NCBI RefSeq assembly: GCF_006345805.1 | Contig: NC_043001.1 | Location: 50,840,001 to 50,904,000 of the forward strand | DNA: 64,000 nucleotides | Source: Octopus sinensis | Lineage: Eukaryota | Reading direction: 5' to 3' | Part shown: piece by piece, positions 39,983-59,176 of the stretch | How positions within the stretch are numbered: the stretch's first letter is position 1 | Layout: the number at the start of each line of letters is the position of its first letter | Program-made: the position numbers and the translations under genes | Notes under the pieces: model-generated | The model's database searches: none | What the model saw: the letters and a program-made list of their open reading frames with translations, nothing else | Told to the model about the DNA's origin: nothing

Positions 39983-40134
39983 ATATATACATATTTTTAT
40001 ATATGAGGATAATATCGATATTTAAGTGTCGAAATTATCAAGTGGCCAGCATGAAAGAAATACCCTATAAAGGTAAAACAATTTTTAATAACAATTAAAA
40101 ATGTTGGTGTCTTTTAGACACCCTCATTTTTAAT

Positions 40135-40183
<49 letters not shown>

Positions 40184-40189
40184 TATATA

Positions 40190-40656
40190 TTGATAAAAAT
40201 GGTAAGACAACAAAAGAATGAAAGAGACCTCGATATTATGTAAATAGAGGAATTTATCTGTAAATATGTTATGTGACAATTATTCGGTACCCATGATAAA
40301 ACTCCGAGTTTCGGATGCTGAGGTGGAAATCTACGCCGCCATCTCTTCAGTTATCCGGCCATCCGAAAAAATGCTACGAAAATGACCATTATACAAAGGG
40401 AAATTACTGTGTGATTGACCGTTATTAAAACAAAAGAGCCATTTGAATGACCGCTAAGTGAGGGGAGGGAGTAAAGGTAAGGGAGTAAAAAGGTTATTTT
40501 TACTCCTTCCCCTCACTTAGCGGTCATTCAAATAGCTCTTTTTTCTTAGCATTTTTTCCGATGGCCGGATAACTGAAGAGATGGCGGCGTGTATTTCCAC
40601 CTCGGCATCCGAAACTCGGAGTTTTATCATGGCTACCGAATGTCACATATTACATT

Positions 40657-40660
<4 letters not shown>
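40190..40660. mobile_element. (TA)n-embedded nested fold-back element with two opposed type I hammerhead motifs
   Basis: Outer arms ~40272-40377 and ~40547-40647; inner arms ~40434-40476 and ~40497-40540. Motif GAUAA-CUGAAGA-GAUG...CAUCC-GAAA-CUCGGAG-UU/UUAUC at 40295-40355 (-) and 40568-40628 (+). Confidence 0.8.
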
Positions 40661-40726
<66 letters not shown>

Positions 40727-40735
40727 TATATAATA

Positions 40736-40785
<50 letters not shown>

Positions 40786-41008
40786 TTTATATATATATAT
40801 ATATAAGGTTAATCCAAACGGGAAAACAGAAAAAACAACAACACGTGGAACAATTACAGTATTATTATTATTAGGCGCTCAGGAAAATGGAAGAAGGAGG
40901 GTATACACATATATATATATATACATATATATATACATATACATATACATACACATACACAAAACACTAATCCATACATTCACCCATCCATTCAGCCATC
41001 TATCTATT

Positions 41009-41072
<64 letters not shown>

Positions 41073-41756
41073 ACTATCTTTCACAAACACACACACACAC
41101 ATGCAGGCACGCACGCACACTCACACACGCACATGCGCGCGCGCAAGGTAAGGCCAAAAATGCACTTTTGGGACATTCTTGGCCTTACAAATGAAACTGT
41201 GGGAATGGAATTCTCATAAACAAATCAGAGAGGATATTGGTATAATTTTGTTCACTAACACTGAAACAAGAGTGAGTTCAAATTTTGTATTTCATGTACC
41301 ATTAGAATATAAACGATCGTTTATATATATAAAATGCTGGCAAAATTCACCTATCCTGATATGATGGTAATCTCTCATAGTCCGAGAAAGATGGTTCTGC
41401 AATTTCTTGTTAAACAACCTACACAAATGATCCGTTTATAATTATCAAATGTAGGTGTTGTACAGTAGCTCACTCCCTCCATCAAATCAACGTTGCCTGG
41501 ACAGGTGTGCACCGTGTACCACGCATCAGGTGTCGAAGTGATTCACGTACATACATACATACATACAGCAGGTAACTAAAGAATGGATTCATTAATGATG
41601 TGATGATGGTATGATGTTTCTAATAACGTTAATGCAATTATCACAGCATTTTGCTGAATCATTTGTCTGTTATATAAAGCATTGATATCATATCTGTCTG
41701 TGGTCATATTTCAATATATATTATTATGTATTAATGTATGTTTTTATGAAATGTTA

Positions 41757-41798
<42 letters not shown>

Positions 41799-41978
41799 AA
41801 AAACAGATGATTAAACTGAAGGGTTACTCAATATTTTTAGTGGCGTACATGTTTATTAAAAGGAAAAGGTTGATAGTATCTCCGAAGGTTCGGTTCATCA
41901 GCCGTCATCAGATGGTCTGACGAGGTGAGGTTAGCAAAAACTTCAAAGATACTATCAACCTTTTTCTCGGAAAAATTA

Positions 41979-42009
<31 letters not shown>

Positions 42010-42289
42010 TGTATGTATGTATGTATGTATGTATGTATGTATGTATGTATGTGTGTATGTGTGTGTGTGAGTGCGTGCGTATGTATATGTGTGTGTGTGA
42101 GTGCGTGCGTGTGTATATGTGTGTGTGTATGTATGATTTTTCTTTGAGTTTAATTTAAGCTCTTCTTGAGAGAGTACAAGGCGGCTACTAACAAAGCAAC
42201 AAGACTTTGAATTCAGAGAATTCCCATGTGTTTGTAAATAAGTGGCTGAGTTGATGTGTTAGTTAAGCTGTCGATGTGTACACCCAAGT

Positions 42290-42565
42290 GCATGCATCTA
42301 TTCACATAAGAATCACACATGGCTTACAAATCTTCACTGTCAGTTTCTGGTGCTCTTCTTCCTGTGAAACCGAGTATTTCTAGTTTTTTGTGCAAATTTG
42401 TAGGTACATTGCCTAATGCACCTATGATAGTAGGTGTAAATGAGAAAATGTATGCCATTATTCAGTTTATTTCAAGATTTCTTGCCAATAGAGAAAGAAC
42501 CGGTATCTAATCTAGATCCAAAGCTCCTTCATTGGAATTTCAACATCAACAACAGGGTATTTTTT
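42290..42565 (-). mobile_element. RLE-type LINE C-terminal fragment joined to a 3'-UTR segment, between (TATG)n tracts
   Basis: 'FTPTIIGALGNVPTNLHKKLEILGF'. Segment 42440-42565 is the reverse complement of 186-307. Confidence 0.7.
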
Positions 42566-43199
42566 GTATGTATGTATGTATGTATGTATGTATGTATGTA
42601 TGTATGTATGTACGTATGTATGTATGTCAGGTCACTTTCGAGTGCTACTGGTAACATGTAACCCAGTACAACCTGTTGCATGGTCGGGTCGTCGGCGACT
42701 AAACCGGCAACACCACCAAGCTTGCTTGGTGAAGTGGGTGTTTATTGGACATTCTGCGGGATGAAAAAAAAAACCCGTCAAAGGGCGGAGGAACTCTTGA
42801 GAGTCAACGGCCATCCAATAAATGTCTTAAGGCTGTATCATGCGCGGGGACATAGAAATAATCGGACTGAATACCCGATCGCGCGGTTAAACCATTGGGC
42901 GTGAAGGACTCCTAGCCTTTGTTAGGGCATCCTTCTAGGAGAAGGTAACTCAGATAACTGGGATAACTCCGACATAAAACTTGCGGCTCAGTGGTTACCG
43001 ATGATGTTGACTTATTCTTCTTTTCGAATTATGGCTGCTGTTGCTTAGTGAGTGGGATTGACTCAGTGCACAGCCTTTTCTCACTTAAAAAAATCTTCTT
43101 GCACAGGCATTGCACGATAACAACATTGATTAAGCTTCGTGCAATGACCATACTCGATAACGAGGGGGCAGCCACCGTGTATGTATGCATGTATGTATT

Positions 43200-43739
<540 letters not shown>

Positions 43740-43799
43740 TGAGATATGGGGAATCTAAAAATGAAAATAGTTTCCCCTCTATGATGCACCGTTTTGAAG

Positions 43800-44420
43800 T
43801 ATACATATAACTTTGGAAATCATCTTCCAGCGATTGCTATTCAAGCCGTCGACTTTGAGAAAAAAGATCGAAACCTTTTTAATGTTTGGAAGAAAATTCG
43901 CCATTCACGAATTCTTGAAACTGATTGAAAGAGTACCAAACTAAGTGAATGTGTATAACAATGTACAACTTCTGTTAGGGATGCAGCTTTTCTGTCTTTA
44001 TTGACATTGACTTATCCCCTAAACCTTTCTTGAAACCTTTCCGGCTCATCAACAAATCGCAAAATGTGTGACAGTTAAGATTTCATTTGAAGGTCTGTAG
44101 TGTCACCAAACATAACAGCAACAAATGCTGATTTTTTTTCTATCAGTGGCTTAATTACACCTTCACTTGTAACAACTGTACAATTAAATGATTTCGTTTT
44201 GAATATCACTCGAAAGTGATATTCGTTTTCATTATCACTTCAAAGCTAAGAAAATGTATTCTTATACTGACAAACTAACATACATGGGAATCAGAAAAAT
44301 TTGTTCAAAATATGTCATCTCGTCATTCACGCTGAGTATTCATAATACTTTCAATTAAAACAACTACGACATTCCTTGCTGCCCACTTCGGTTTTGATTT
44401 TCAGATTAAGCTTTGGTTTC
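43800..44420 (-). mobile_element. hAT (DUF4371-type) transposase fragment
   Basis: 'SAFVAVMFGDTTDLQ..LSHILRFVD..FQERF..VNKDRKAASL'. Possible terminus cagtggcgaag at 43611. Confidence 0.6.
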
Positions 44421-46192
44421 TCTTTTCCGAGAATGATAATATTCTTATTTGTTTCAAAGTTGGGGTAAGTAGAGAAAAAGCTGAACTTGACCATTTTGCC
44501 TTCATGGGTGTAATTGAAGGCATGAAAAATTCTACTGGGTTATAATCTTTTTAAATGAATCGAAGCTTTATTCTAATAGATAATTTAGGTGCTAGTTTAC
44601 ATTTTTATGTAACCTTTCTTAAATAACTTTAAATATTTAAAATTAAATTTTAAAGCATTGGCATGAACGAATGGATGGAAATTTTACTTTTTAATCACAC
44701 ACACACACACACACACACACACAACACACACACACACACACACACACACATTTTATTTTATTTCATTTTTAAAGTACTGTTTTTTCCAAAAATTAACCCA
44801 TGGGTTTAAACACAGACTTAAATAATTTTGCTTAGGTAATTTTTTTTCTGAAAATAATAAAAATTACTGGGGCTATGCATGAAAAGAGTTTCTGAATATA
44901 AGCACATAAGCTTAAAATCGGATGGGCATAGTTTTGTAAAAACTCAGTAATGTTTTTATAATTTTTGTTTTAATAAAATATAATAAATTTTAAAGATGTT
45001 ATTCTTGGCTGCAGCATTTTAAGTACAGTAAAATTTTAATTTTAAGTACTTTTTAGTTTCTTTCAGAGGTGACGAATTAGGCAAATTCTATTGTAGAAAT
45101 CTTGTTCTGTACTTTTCCAGGTGTAATAACTTAAGAATATTAACATGCATGCGCCCGCATTTTTCATTGTAATATGTGTGTGTGTTTGTGTGTGTGTCTT
45201 TGTGTCTGTGTTTGTCCTTCACAAACGCTTGACAACCATTCCCGTAACTTAGCAGTTCGCCACGAGAAATCAAAAGAATAAGCACCAGGCTTTAAGATAA
45301 GTACTGAGGTAGATTCATTAGCCTAAAAATTATTTAAGGTGGTGCCCCAGCATAGCTACAATCGACTGGTTGAAATAAGAAAACTCAGGAGTCACTTGCC
45401 TGATTTCAGATCTTAAGAAGGGATCAAAAATACTCTCTCCATTGGTTAAATCGTTTTAGAAAGCAAGTGTGGGTGTCTGGTAAGAAGATTGCTTCTCAAC
45501 CACATGGTTCCAGGTCCAGTTTTCTACTAGTGTCTTCTTCTATAGCCTTGGACTGACTAAAACATTGTAAGTGAGCTTGATAGAGGGAAACTGAACAATA
45601 GCCGTCGTATATCATTCAGGCACGGGCATTTTTAGATTGGCCACATCCTAAGATAAAAGATGAAATGAGTACTCTTAGGAACTGAATAATCGTACGAAAT
45701 ATATCAGAAAGCAACAAAACAAATTTGTAAATTGACTAAATATGCATTTCTCTTCTAAATCTGTCCGGCTATGAGGAAAGCCTCTGGAAAGTCCACTGAA
45801 TAGGCAAGTTTTTGATCTCTGCTGCACAGGACAGTACAAACATCAGCACTTCAAGAGAAAGGCAAGCAGTAAAATATTTGCTTTTTCTGTCTTTCTCTTT
45901 CGGTCGGCAACTTAAGGCGGCTGAAAGGCAAGCAAGTAAAATATCTGCTTCCTCTGTCTTTCTTGATCACTCACTCATTTTTTATTTTGTCCCTCATTTT
46001 TACGCTTTCTTCTCGAAAATGACAGAATACAAAGAAAATGACATCAATACTCTTACTATGACTGAAAGCAAGCAGTAAAAAAAAACTTGCTTGCTTTTGT
46101 CTTACTTTATCTTCACCATTTATACTAAGAAATGAAGGAATGCGAAATAAAAATAAATATCTCTACAATGAATCTACTGAAAATTATCAATG

Positions 46193-46460
46193 ATCTATAT
46201 ATATAAAAGAGAGTCTGGTGTGTGTGTGTGTATGTGTGTGTGTGTGTATGTGTGTGTGCGTGTGCGTACGTGCGTATATTCCTCATGCATTCGAAACCGA
46301 GTTGCCGATTTTGTGGTATGGGGAATCAAAAGATTCAGTAATCTTTCAGCTACCAAATAAACTTTATTTCCATTTACATATTTTATACGTTATCTCAACA
46401 ACTAGCTTTAGTTATTTGAAAGACACTGCTCTACAACGACCAGGTTTCATTAGAAAGTGA
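46193..46460 (+). mobile_element. Possible non-autonomous Helitron-like element
   Basis: Begins a|tctatatatataaaagagag followed by a (TG)n tract, a layout common to Helitron derivatives. The 3' CTAG end is not clear. Confidence 0.4.
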
Positions 46461-46770
46461 AAATAGTTTCACACTTTCAATTTGAACCAAAATTACAAAG
46501 TGTTGCATTACGAGAGTGACGATGGGTGAATAATGAAAGTAATGTTTCTCCGAATTAGTCACACATTAAATGATATCCATTTCTCTATATGTTATGAGGA
46601 GATACAGTCGTTCACTCTCTCTCTCTCACATGCACACGTCACGCACACATACATACAAAAAGATGTATGCATATGTTTTTATGTACGTGCATATGAAAGA
46701 AAATGTATGTGAGAGAGAGAGAAAGAGAGAGAGGGAGAGAGAGAACGATTGAGTGCCACTTACATACATG

Positions 46771-46801
<31 letters not shown>

Positions 46802-47737
46802 CCACGCACACACACGACCTTTTCATATACACTTACATACATCTTTCACTTTTTCCTCTCCTTCATTTCTGCTCCTACTTCAAAGCAAATGTCACTTTTT
46901 CACTTTCTTCTCTCTTTCAATTTCTGCTCTCTTCAGAACATAATATAAAAAATAAAAAATTACGGAAATTAACGGACAATCATATGATCCCATATGATCG
47001 ACCATATGATCGAGTTGACAACTTTGCTGCTTCATACGAAGAAAATGCCTTAAAATAACACCCTTTGGCACACACATGCACGCACACAGACACACATACA
47101 GACAGACAGACAGACGCACATACTCTAGGTAAAAATTATGCACGAATTATGTTATTTCTTGTGTGCACGTGCAAAATTACAGCTCAAATTCAATTGAAAT
47201 GATTTTTTTATTCTGTAATTTGGGTTCGTGATGAGGGTATTTAAAAACTTGATCTTCGATTTAAAATTAAAAGGAAGTTTCCCAAGAAATCCTGTCCTTT
47301 ACCTGTTGTTTCTAGCATGTCCGAGGTGACATTTGCACTTCTACTTAAATGTCTTCCTATTCCTGTTTTCAGTACAGGAGATTAGGATTTCGCACCAAAA
47401 AAAAACATTCTTAGTATTATAATTTTCTCTCTCCCTACCCCAATTTCTTCATTTAAAAAATTTTTTCTAAATTTTTTTCTTGGTAATCCACGGTGAAAAA
47501 ATACAGAGTATGAATCTTGAAGAATTTTCTTCTTCCTTTTTTTTTTAAAGAAATGCTAAAATCTCCTTCCCGAACATCCCCCCCCCATCACCTCACCCCT
47601 TTCAAAAAGCTACAAACTCCATATGTTTCACATTTAGCTTTTTGTAAAGTGGGGAAGTTTCTTCAGAAACAATGTCCTTTACCTGTTGTTTCTAGCATGT
47701 TGGGTTTTCTGGTGGTGGTCTGGTACATATCTGGTTG

Positions 47738-47768
<31 letters not shown>

Positions 47769-48894
47769 TGTATGTATGTATGTATGTATGCATGCATGCA
47801 TGCATGCATGTATGTATGTATGTATGTATGTATGTATGTATTTATGTATGTATGTATGTATGTATGATGTATGTATGTATGCATGCATGCATGCATGCAT
47901 GTATGTATGTATGTATGTATGTATGTATGTATGTATGTATGTATGTATGTATTTGTATATGAGTCTTTATGCAATACACACACACGAGCACGCACATATA
48001 TAAATACTTTAAATGAGGTAAAGAGAAATTCAACTCGATGTTACGTTTCAGTACGCAAACACTATTCATTCCATACCACACACACACACATATATATAAG
48101 TTATGTCATATATGCTGCATGAGCAATAAAGTTACTATTGTTTATCCATATCTTGTTTTGAAACACGATTGATTTATGAAATAAAATTGCAACTTCATGG
48201 GCATGACGACTTCATGCAAATAATCAGAATGTAAAGGGTCCTTCAGAACGAATTTCCTAATATTTGATATGCCATTAAGGGCATAAATCAACTGATGGCG
48301 ATAAAAAAATATAAGTGAAAGAAAATTGATAAAATAAAGCACGGAACTTTGTCAGTGAACAGGTCGCGGTCTCAAAGCGACGAAAATATTTTGACAAATT
48401 AAATTTAAATGTTGAAGTGAATCTAACGGTTTTTGTGTGTTTCTTAAATGGCTTATAAACACATTCGACGCTGCAATTGTTTTCGTTCCAGCACACGATC
48501 TCACATCAGGTCACTTTCTATGCAAGTACATCTCCGTAAATAAATACTATTCTGTTTAAAATGTTCAAAGTTCAACGCATATACTACTGAATGTTATTAA
48601 GTCTTATTCATGACACTAATTGGCGTCTTTCAGCGTTAAAAACTAAACTTTCAGGTAGTTTTTGTGAGAACGAAACAGATCAGTAACTAAAAAATAATAC
48701 TGTACATCAATTATTAATTCGTGACACTCACGTTCTGCCGAGGTTGACTTTGCCTTTCGTCCTTTCGGGGTCGATTAAATAAGTACCAGTTGAACATTTG
48801 GGTCGGTATAATCGATTTGTCCCTCCCCCGAAATTGCTGGCCTTGTGCCATAATTTGAAACCAGTATTTAATTGTAAGGCAACATATCATATTA

Positions 48895-49401
48895 AGGCCA
48901 GGCAAAGCAAGTCCACCGGGAAGCGTATGATGATTCCCTTTTTCAACAGCAAGGGCATCATTCATAACAACTGGGTTCGCTCTGTCGTGACGGTTAACAC
49001 AGAGTACAATGTGGAAGTATTGAGGAAGGTCAGGAAGAGATTTCATCACAGAAGGCCAGAGCACCCGCACCAACATAATGCACCAGTACAGAGTTCTATC
49101 ATGGTAACCAACCACTTGACAGACATGAGCATCATAACTGTCCCTCGCCCACCAAACAGTCCAGACATTGCACCATGTGACTTTCGGTTGTTCTCCAACC
49201 TGATGTAGAATCTTAGGGGTCATTTTAAAAGAACATTGAAAAGATGGAGGGCTTCCATAAGGCCTTCACGATGTGGTCGGAGCACCAAAATGAATGCATT
49301 AAAATCATAGGATTCTATTCGAAGGAGATTACAGCTATGAACTTCTCTGAAACCAATAAATCTATCTCCAGAAAATGTCTCAAAACTTCTGGAACGAATC
49401 T

Positions 49402-49404
<3 letters not shown>
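48895..49404 (+). mobile_element. Mariner (DD34D) transposase 3' fragment with right TIR
   Basis: 'KARQSKSTGKRMMIPFFNSKGIIH..TVNTEYNVEVL..HQHNAPV..PPNSPDIAPCDFRLF'. TIR-like gtctcaaaacttctggaacgaatcttgt. Confidence 0.85.
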
Positions 49405-50690
<1,286 letters not shown>

Positions 50691-51057
50691 TGTGTGTGTT
50701 GTTCTGTATTTGTCCCCGATGTTTGTGTGTTTATGTCCCTACAACCTAACGGTTCGGCAAAAGAGACCGGTAGAATAAGTACTAGGCTTTAAAAAGAGAG
50801 CCCTGGCGTCAATTTGTTCAAGTAAAATCCTTCAAGACGGTGGCTCAGCATGGCCTCAGTCAAATGACTGAAACAAGTAAAAGATAAAAGATATATATAT
50901 ATGTGTGAGTGCGTGTGTGTATATATATATATATATATACATATATGCATACACCCTCATACACACATACATACATACACACATACACACATACATAATG
51001 CATACATACATACATACATATATACATGCATACATGAATGCATGCATATATGCATAC

Positions 51058-51370
51058 AAAGGTAGCTATGGAAAACTACTTCGAAAACTGCAGCTTCAAT
51101 ATCCTGATTACAAATTTACATTAACACTAATAATTATTAGAGCATTTGGTTTTGTAAGTAAACCCTAACTGTCAGACTCGATAAACTGGGTTTTTTAGAA
51201 AAAGAGATCAACCAACTGATTCGCACATTACAAATACAATTTATAAGCGGAACAGTAAAACTATACAAGACTTTTCTCAGGTTGAAAATGTGATATTGTT
51301 TTCATTATCTACATTGCAAAGATGGGCTTTTGTATCTTTGTTTGTTAGAAACCACCTCCTTCTGAGGAAG
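51058..51370 (+). mobile_element. RLE-type LINE 3' end, same family as 43200-43545
   Basis: 'YGKLLRKLQLQYPDYKFTLTLIIIRAFG', then after a frameshift 'LDKLGFLEKEINQLIRTLQIQFISGTVKLYKTFL'. Starts at a (CATA)n tract. Confidence 0.8.
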
Positions 51371-52418
51371 ACTTTAATTGATTAAAAACAGAAGAGACAT
51401 ACACACGTATGTGTTCGCACACGTATGTGTGAGTTTATAAAAATTGATTGTTGGAGGAAAAGTTAACGCCAAGTGAATCAATTTGTGGAAATCGTTATTT
51501 TTTCGTATTGGAAGAATGTCTGTTGCTTTACACCCATAATTACACGTGAAGTAGACTTTTATTTTAGGAATTCTTTTCATGAGGTTTCTCTACCTTTGAT
51601 CTTATGCATTTCATCTCCTGTGAAGCAGAAAATTATATAACGAAAACCCTTCTGTTTTATATTCACGCAGTCTTGGCAAAACATATTTTCAAATATTTCT
51701 TATATTTTCTGTATATTTTATTTTGGACACCTTTTCTATGTAAGATTATATATATAGTGGCCACGATTTTCTCTCTAATCCTTTATTCCGCTTGAAAATC
51801 GGAAACGTAATGCTCAGAGTGACAAACCTACACAAACACGCACGCGCGCGCATATTTGCATGTATACGTGTATGCACACATGTCTGTTTGTCTGTCCGTC
51901 TGTCTGTCTGTCTATCTATCTATTTACATATACACATATATGATGGCTGCTACTCGTGACTGAGGAAGACATCCCCTGACCATTTCCAAAGCAAAATGCC
52001 AGTAACGCCTGTGCATAAAGTTATTACAGACTAGGTGGACTTCTCTCGAGTTTGCTCATGCGACTTTCATGTTCGCCAACTGGATGGGGCACCTGAAAAG
52101 TCGCCGCGCCGATGATCTCGCAACCTAGAATTTTAGGTTCTATAAGGCCTGCACAATATCTCGCAGACACTCTACAACCTATAGACATGATCCAGATACA
52201 AGACATGGCAAAATAACCAGTGCCAAAATGTGTTGCAATACGTACACATATACTCACACACGCACACAAATATACATACACGCACGTGTGTGCACGTATA
52301 TTTGCATGCGTGTGTGTGTTTGTGCGTATATATATATATATGTGTGTATGCGTGCGTGTGTGTATGTACTTGTAAGTGTGTATATGTATATATGTATGTG
52401 TATATTACATACGTATAC

Positions 52419-52496
<78 letters not shown>

Positions 52497-52589
52497 ATTA
52501 TTATTTGAGGAAATAAAATCCAAACTTACAAGGAAAAAAATCAATTTAGAAATATTAAATCAAATTTCACACAATATAATATATATATA

Positions 52590-53567
<978 letters not shown>

Positions 53568-53726
53568 GTTGTCTCTATTTTTTTTCACATAGTGCAATAT
53601 ATCTGTTAATCAATAAAAAAAAATCGTTGCAGACAGCTGTAGCGAATGAACCATTATCCATCTGTTGTTATACCTATGTATGTATGTATGTATGTAAGTA
53701 TGTATGTATGTATGTATGTATGTATG

Positions 53727-53812
<86 letters not shown>

Positions 53813-53929
53813 ATATGTATTAATAGTAATAGTAATGATAAAACAACAGAAGAATGAATGAGACTTCGATATTATGTAAATAGAGGAATTTATCTGTAAT
53901 ATAATATGTAACAGTTATTCGGTTGCCAT

Positions 53930-53990
53930 AATAAGACTCCGAGTTTCGGATGTTGGGGCGGAAACCTGCTCCGGCATCTCGTCAGTTATT
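53930..53990 (-). ncRNA. Type I hammerhead motif with GUC triplet (same family as the 40.3-kb element)
   Basis: AAUAA-CUGACGA-GAUG...CAUCC-GAAA-CUCGGAG-UC/UUAUU, with a 5-bp stem I. Confidence 0.68.
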
Positions 53991-54465
53991 GAAGCAATCA
54001 TATGTATATAGTTGGAATTTACAAAAAACAAAAGACGAAGACAGGTGTGTAAACAACTAACAGGTGTATTAGTTTAACGCTCGGGAAAGTGAGAAAGTCT
54101 TTTACGTTTCGAGCCAACGCTCTTCACACACACACATACACACACACACACACACACATATATGTATTGTATATATGTAGATTACATATATACATGTATA
54201 TTATACACACTTATGTACACTACATTACTTATATGTTTGTGTGTACACGCACATACGCATACACTCACACTGACGTACTCGCACAGAGACACACTCTCAC
54301 AAACATACTCACACGCACACAAAAGAAAATCTATAAGCATACAATAATACATGCATACATGCATATGTGTGTGCGTGAGGAAGATGTGATGGCGGGTAAA
54401 CAGACCAGCATGTTTACCTATATTTACATACAATATATAAAGAAATCTATGAAAATGCACTCATA

Positions 54466-57014
<2,549 letters not shown>

Positions 57015-57624
57015 TTAGTGAAATAATTTAACAAAACATTTATAAAACTAAACGAGAGAAAGAACTTTCGGTACTTCAAGATCGAAAGTTTTAAAATAGA
57101 AACAATTTTAATGAAACATATTTTCTATCTATGAATATTGGTTCGTAAAAGGTCTATCATATGTAAAGAAAAACTATATATATATCGTGATATCGTGAAA
57201 TCTAGGCTTTACCGTTATATAATTTCAGGTCCGGCGTTGATTTTTGTATCCATTGTAAAATTATACTCAAGACATGTCGTAGTTGTTATCGTCATCTTGT
57301 TCGCGTTTTTCAGTTCTTTCTTTCTTTCTTTCTTTCTTGCACGTATCTTCTGTCTGTAACTATATTTTGACCTCTTTCCTCTTCATTTTCAATGTATAGA
57401 ACAACAAAAACAAAAATTTCAACAACATAACAACAAAGACAACAGCAGCAACAATAATAACAACAACAACGAACAGTGGCCATTTCCATAACAGACAGAG
57501 AGGACAGAAAAAAAAGAGAGAAAGGAAGGAAGGAAGGAAGGAAGGAAGGAAAGAAGGAAAACAGAACTCGAGGAAGGGAGAAACAGAAAGAAAGGAAGAA
57601 AGAATATGAGAACGTTAACTCAAT

Positions 57625-57775
<151 letters not shown>

Positions 57776-58338
57776 AAGAAGAAGAAAAACAGCAACAACA
57801 ACAACTACAGCCACAATATGGGTTGTAGCTATTTCTATTCATATAAAGTGCAACTACCTTAATTAAAAAGAACAACAACAAAAATATAAAGCAAAACAAA
57901 CAAACAAACAATAGAGTCAAGTAAATCTTGTTGTCCATTAATAAAAGGGATGCGATGTTAAGTTTTTATAACAATGTACTGCTACGTTTCGAAAGGAGAC
58001 ATCCACTCGGATTACGTTCCAACAATCGGTCTATTCATCTATCTTGAGGCTGGGGCCAGAGGCACAGGTATGGTGGTATGGTTAAAAAAAGTTTTACTTG
58101 ATGGCCACATGTGCACGGGTTCAATTTCATAGTATGGTACTTTGTGCAAGTGTTACTCTTCTATCATAGCTCCGGAGCGCATCGGTCGAAGCCCTGTGAA
58201 CGAAATTTGTTAGATGGAGCCTGCACAACCGCTTATCTTGGGCATTTTAACTGTGTCAGAGCCCATTTTGTTCTGGGACTGAATACAATCGATTTCTTCT
58301 TCTTCTTCTTTGAGAGAGAGAGAGGGGGGGAGAAAGGG

Positions 58339-58381
<43 letters not shown>

Positions 58382-58573
58382 AGAATCGACAGGACTGGTT
58401 CTTTATTTGTCGACTCTAGTCTTGAATATATATATACATGTACATAAATAAGAGTGCAAAATAGCACCTACAATTGCTAGAAATAAGAGCTAAAAATATA
58501 ACTCGGATAGCCACACAAAATGACTAACTTCATGAGATGTTCAAAAGGACTGCGAACAGCAAGCCACAACATC

Positions 58574-58661
58574 TTTCTCCAGCGAGACAAATCTCACTGA
58601 ATGAAATAATTTGATAAGACCCAAATTATTTCATTCAGTGACTTTTATCTCGCTGGAGAAA
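58574..58661. other. 88-nt hairpin (40-bp stem, 3 mismatches, 8-nt loop)
   Basis: Arms 58574-58613 and 58622-58661; loop ataagacc. Confidence 0.85.
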
Positions 58662-59176
58662 AACGAGAAAGATGTATATATACAGAAAAATATTACTAAA
58701 TCTGAGTCTACTGCATCTCGTAGCGGAAACAGCTGTAAGCTGACGAAGTTCATGAGATAATCGTTTATTCCTTTGTCATCTCTTTTTCCACTTACGCACG
58801 CACCCCCCACATACACATTACGCAGTCTGGCCCAGTGGTTAAGTCTGCTTCATAATCACGATGTCCTGAGTTCGATCCTTCTACGTCGCATTTTGGATAA
58901 ATGTTATTTTCTGTAGCCTCTGGTCAACCCATACCTTGTGAGTGAAACTGAATAGATGGAAACTATACAGAAACCCGTCCAGTGGATTCTACTTGTAATT
59001 TAAAAGGTATAGACTTGTTGCGCTCATTCTGTCTCAGAATCACGTCGTGGGTATACATATCTGTGGAATACTCAGCCAGGAGCGGGTTATTCATTTGAAA
59101 GAATAAATGAATCCTCATCGCTGATTGGCAATATTGATTAGCTATTGTCTCTAGCCGATCAGACGAGTATATAAAG

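Noticed and set aside
41864-41964. 18-bp perfect inverted repeat enclosing CTGATGA and CTGACGA strings
   Set aside because: No properly placed GAAA, stem III or stem I. At most it is a decayed fold-back HHR element.
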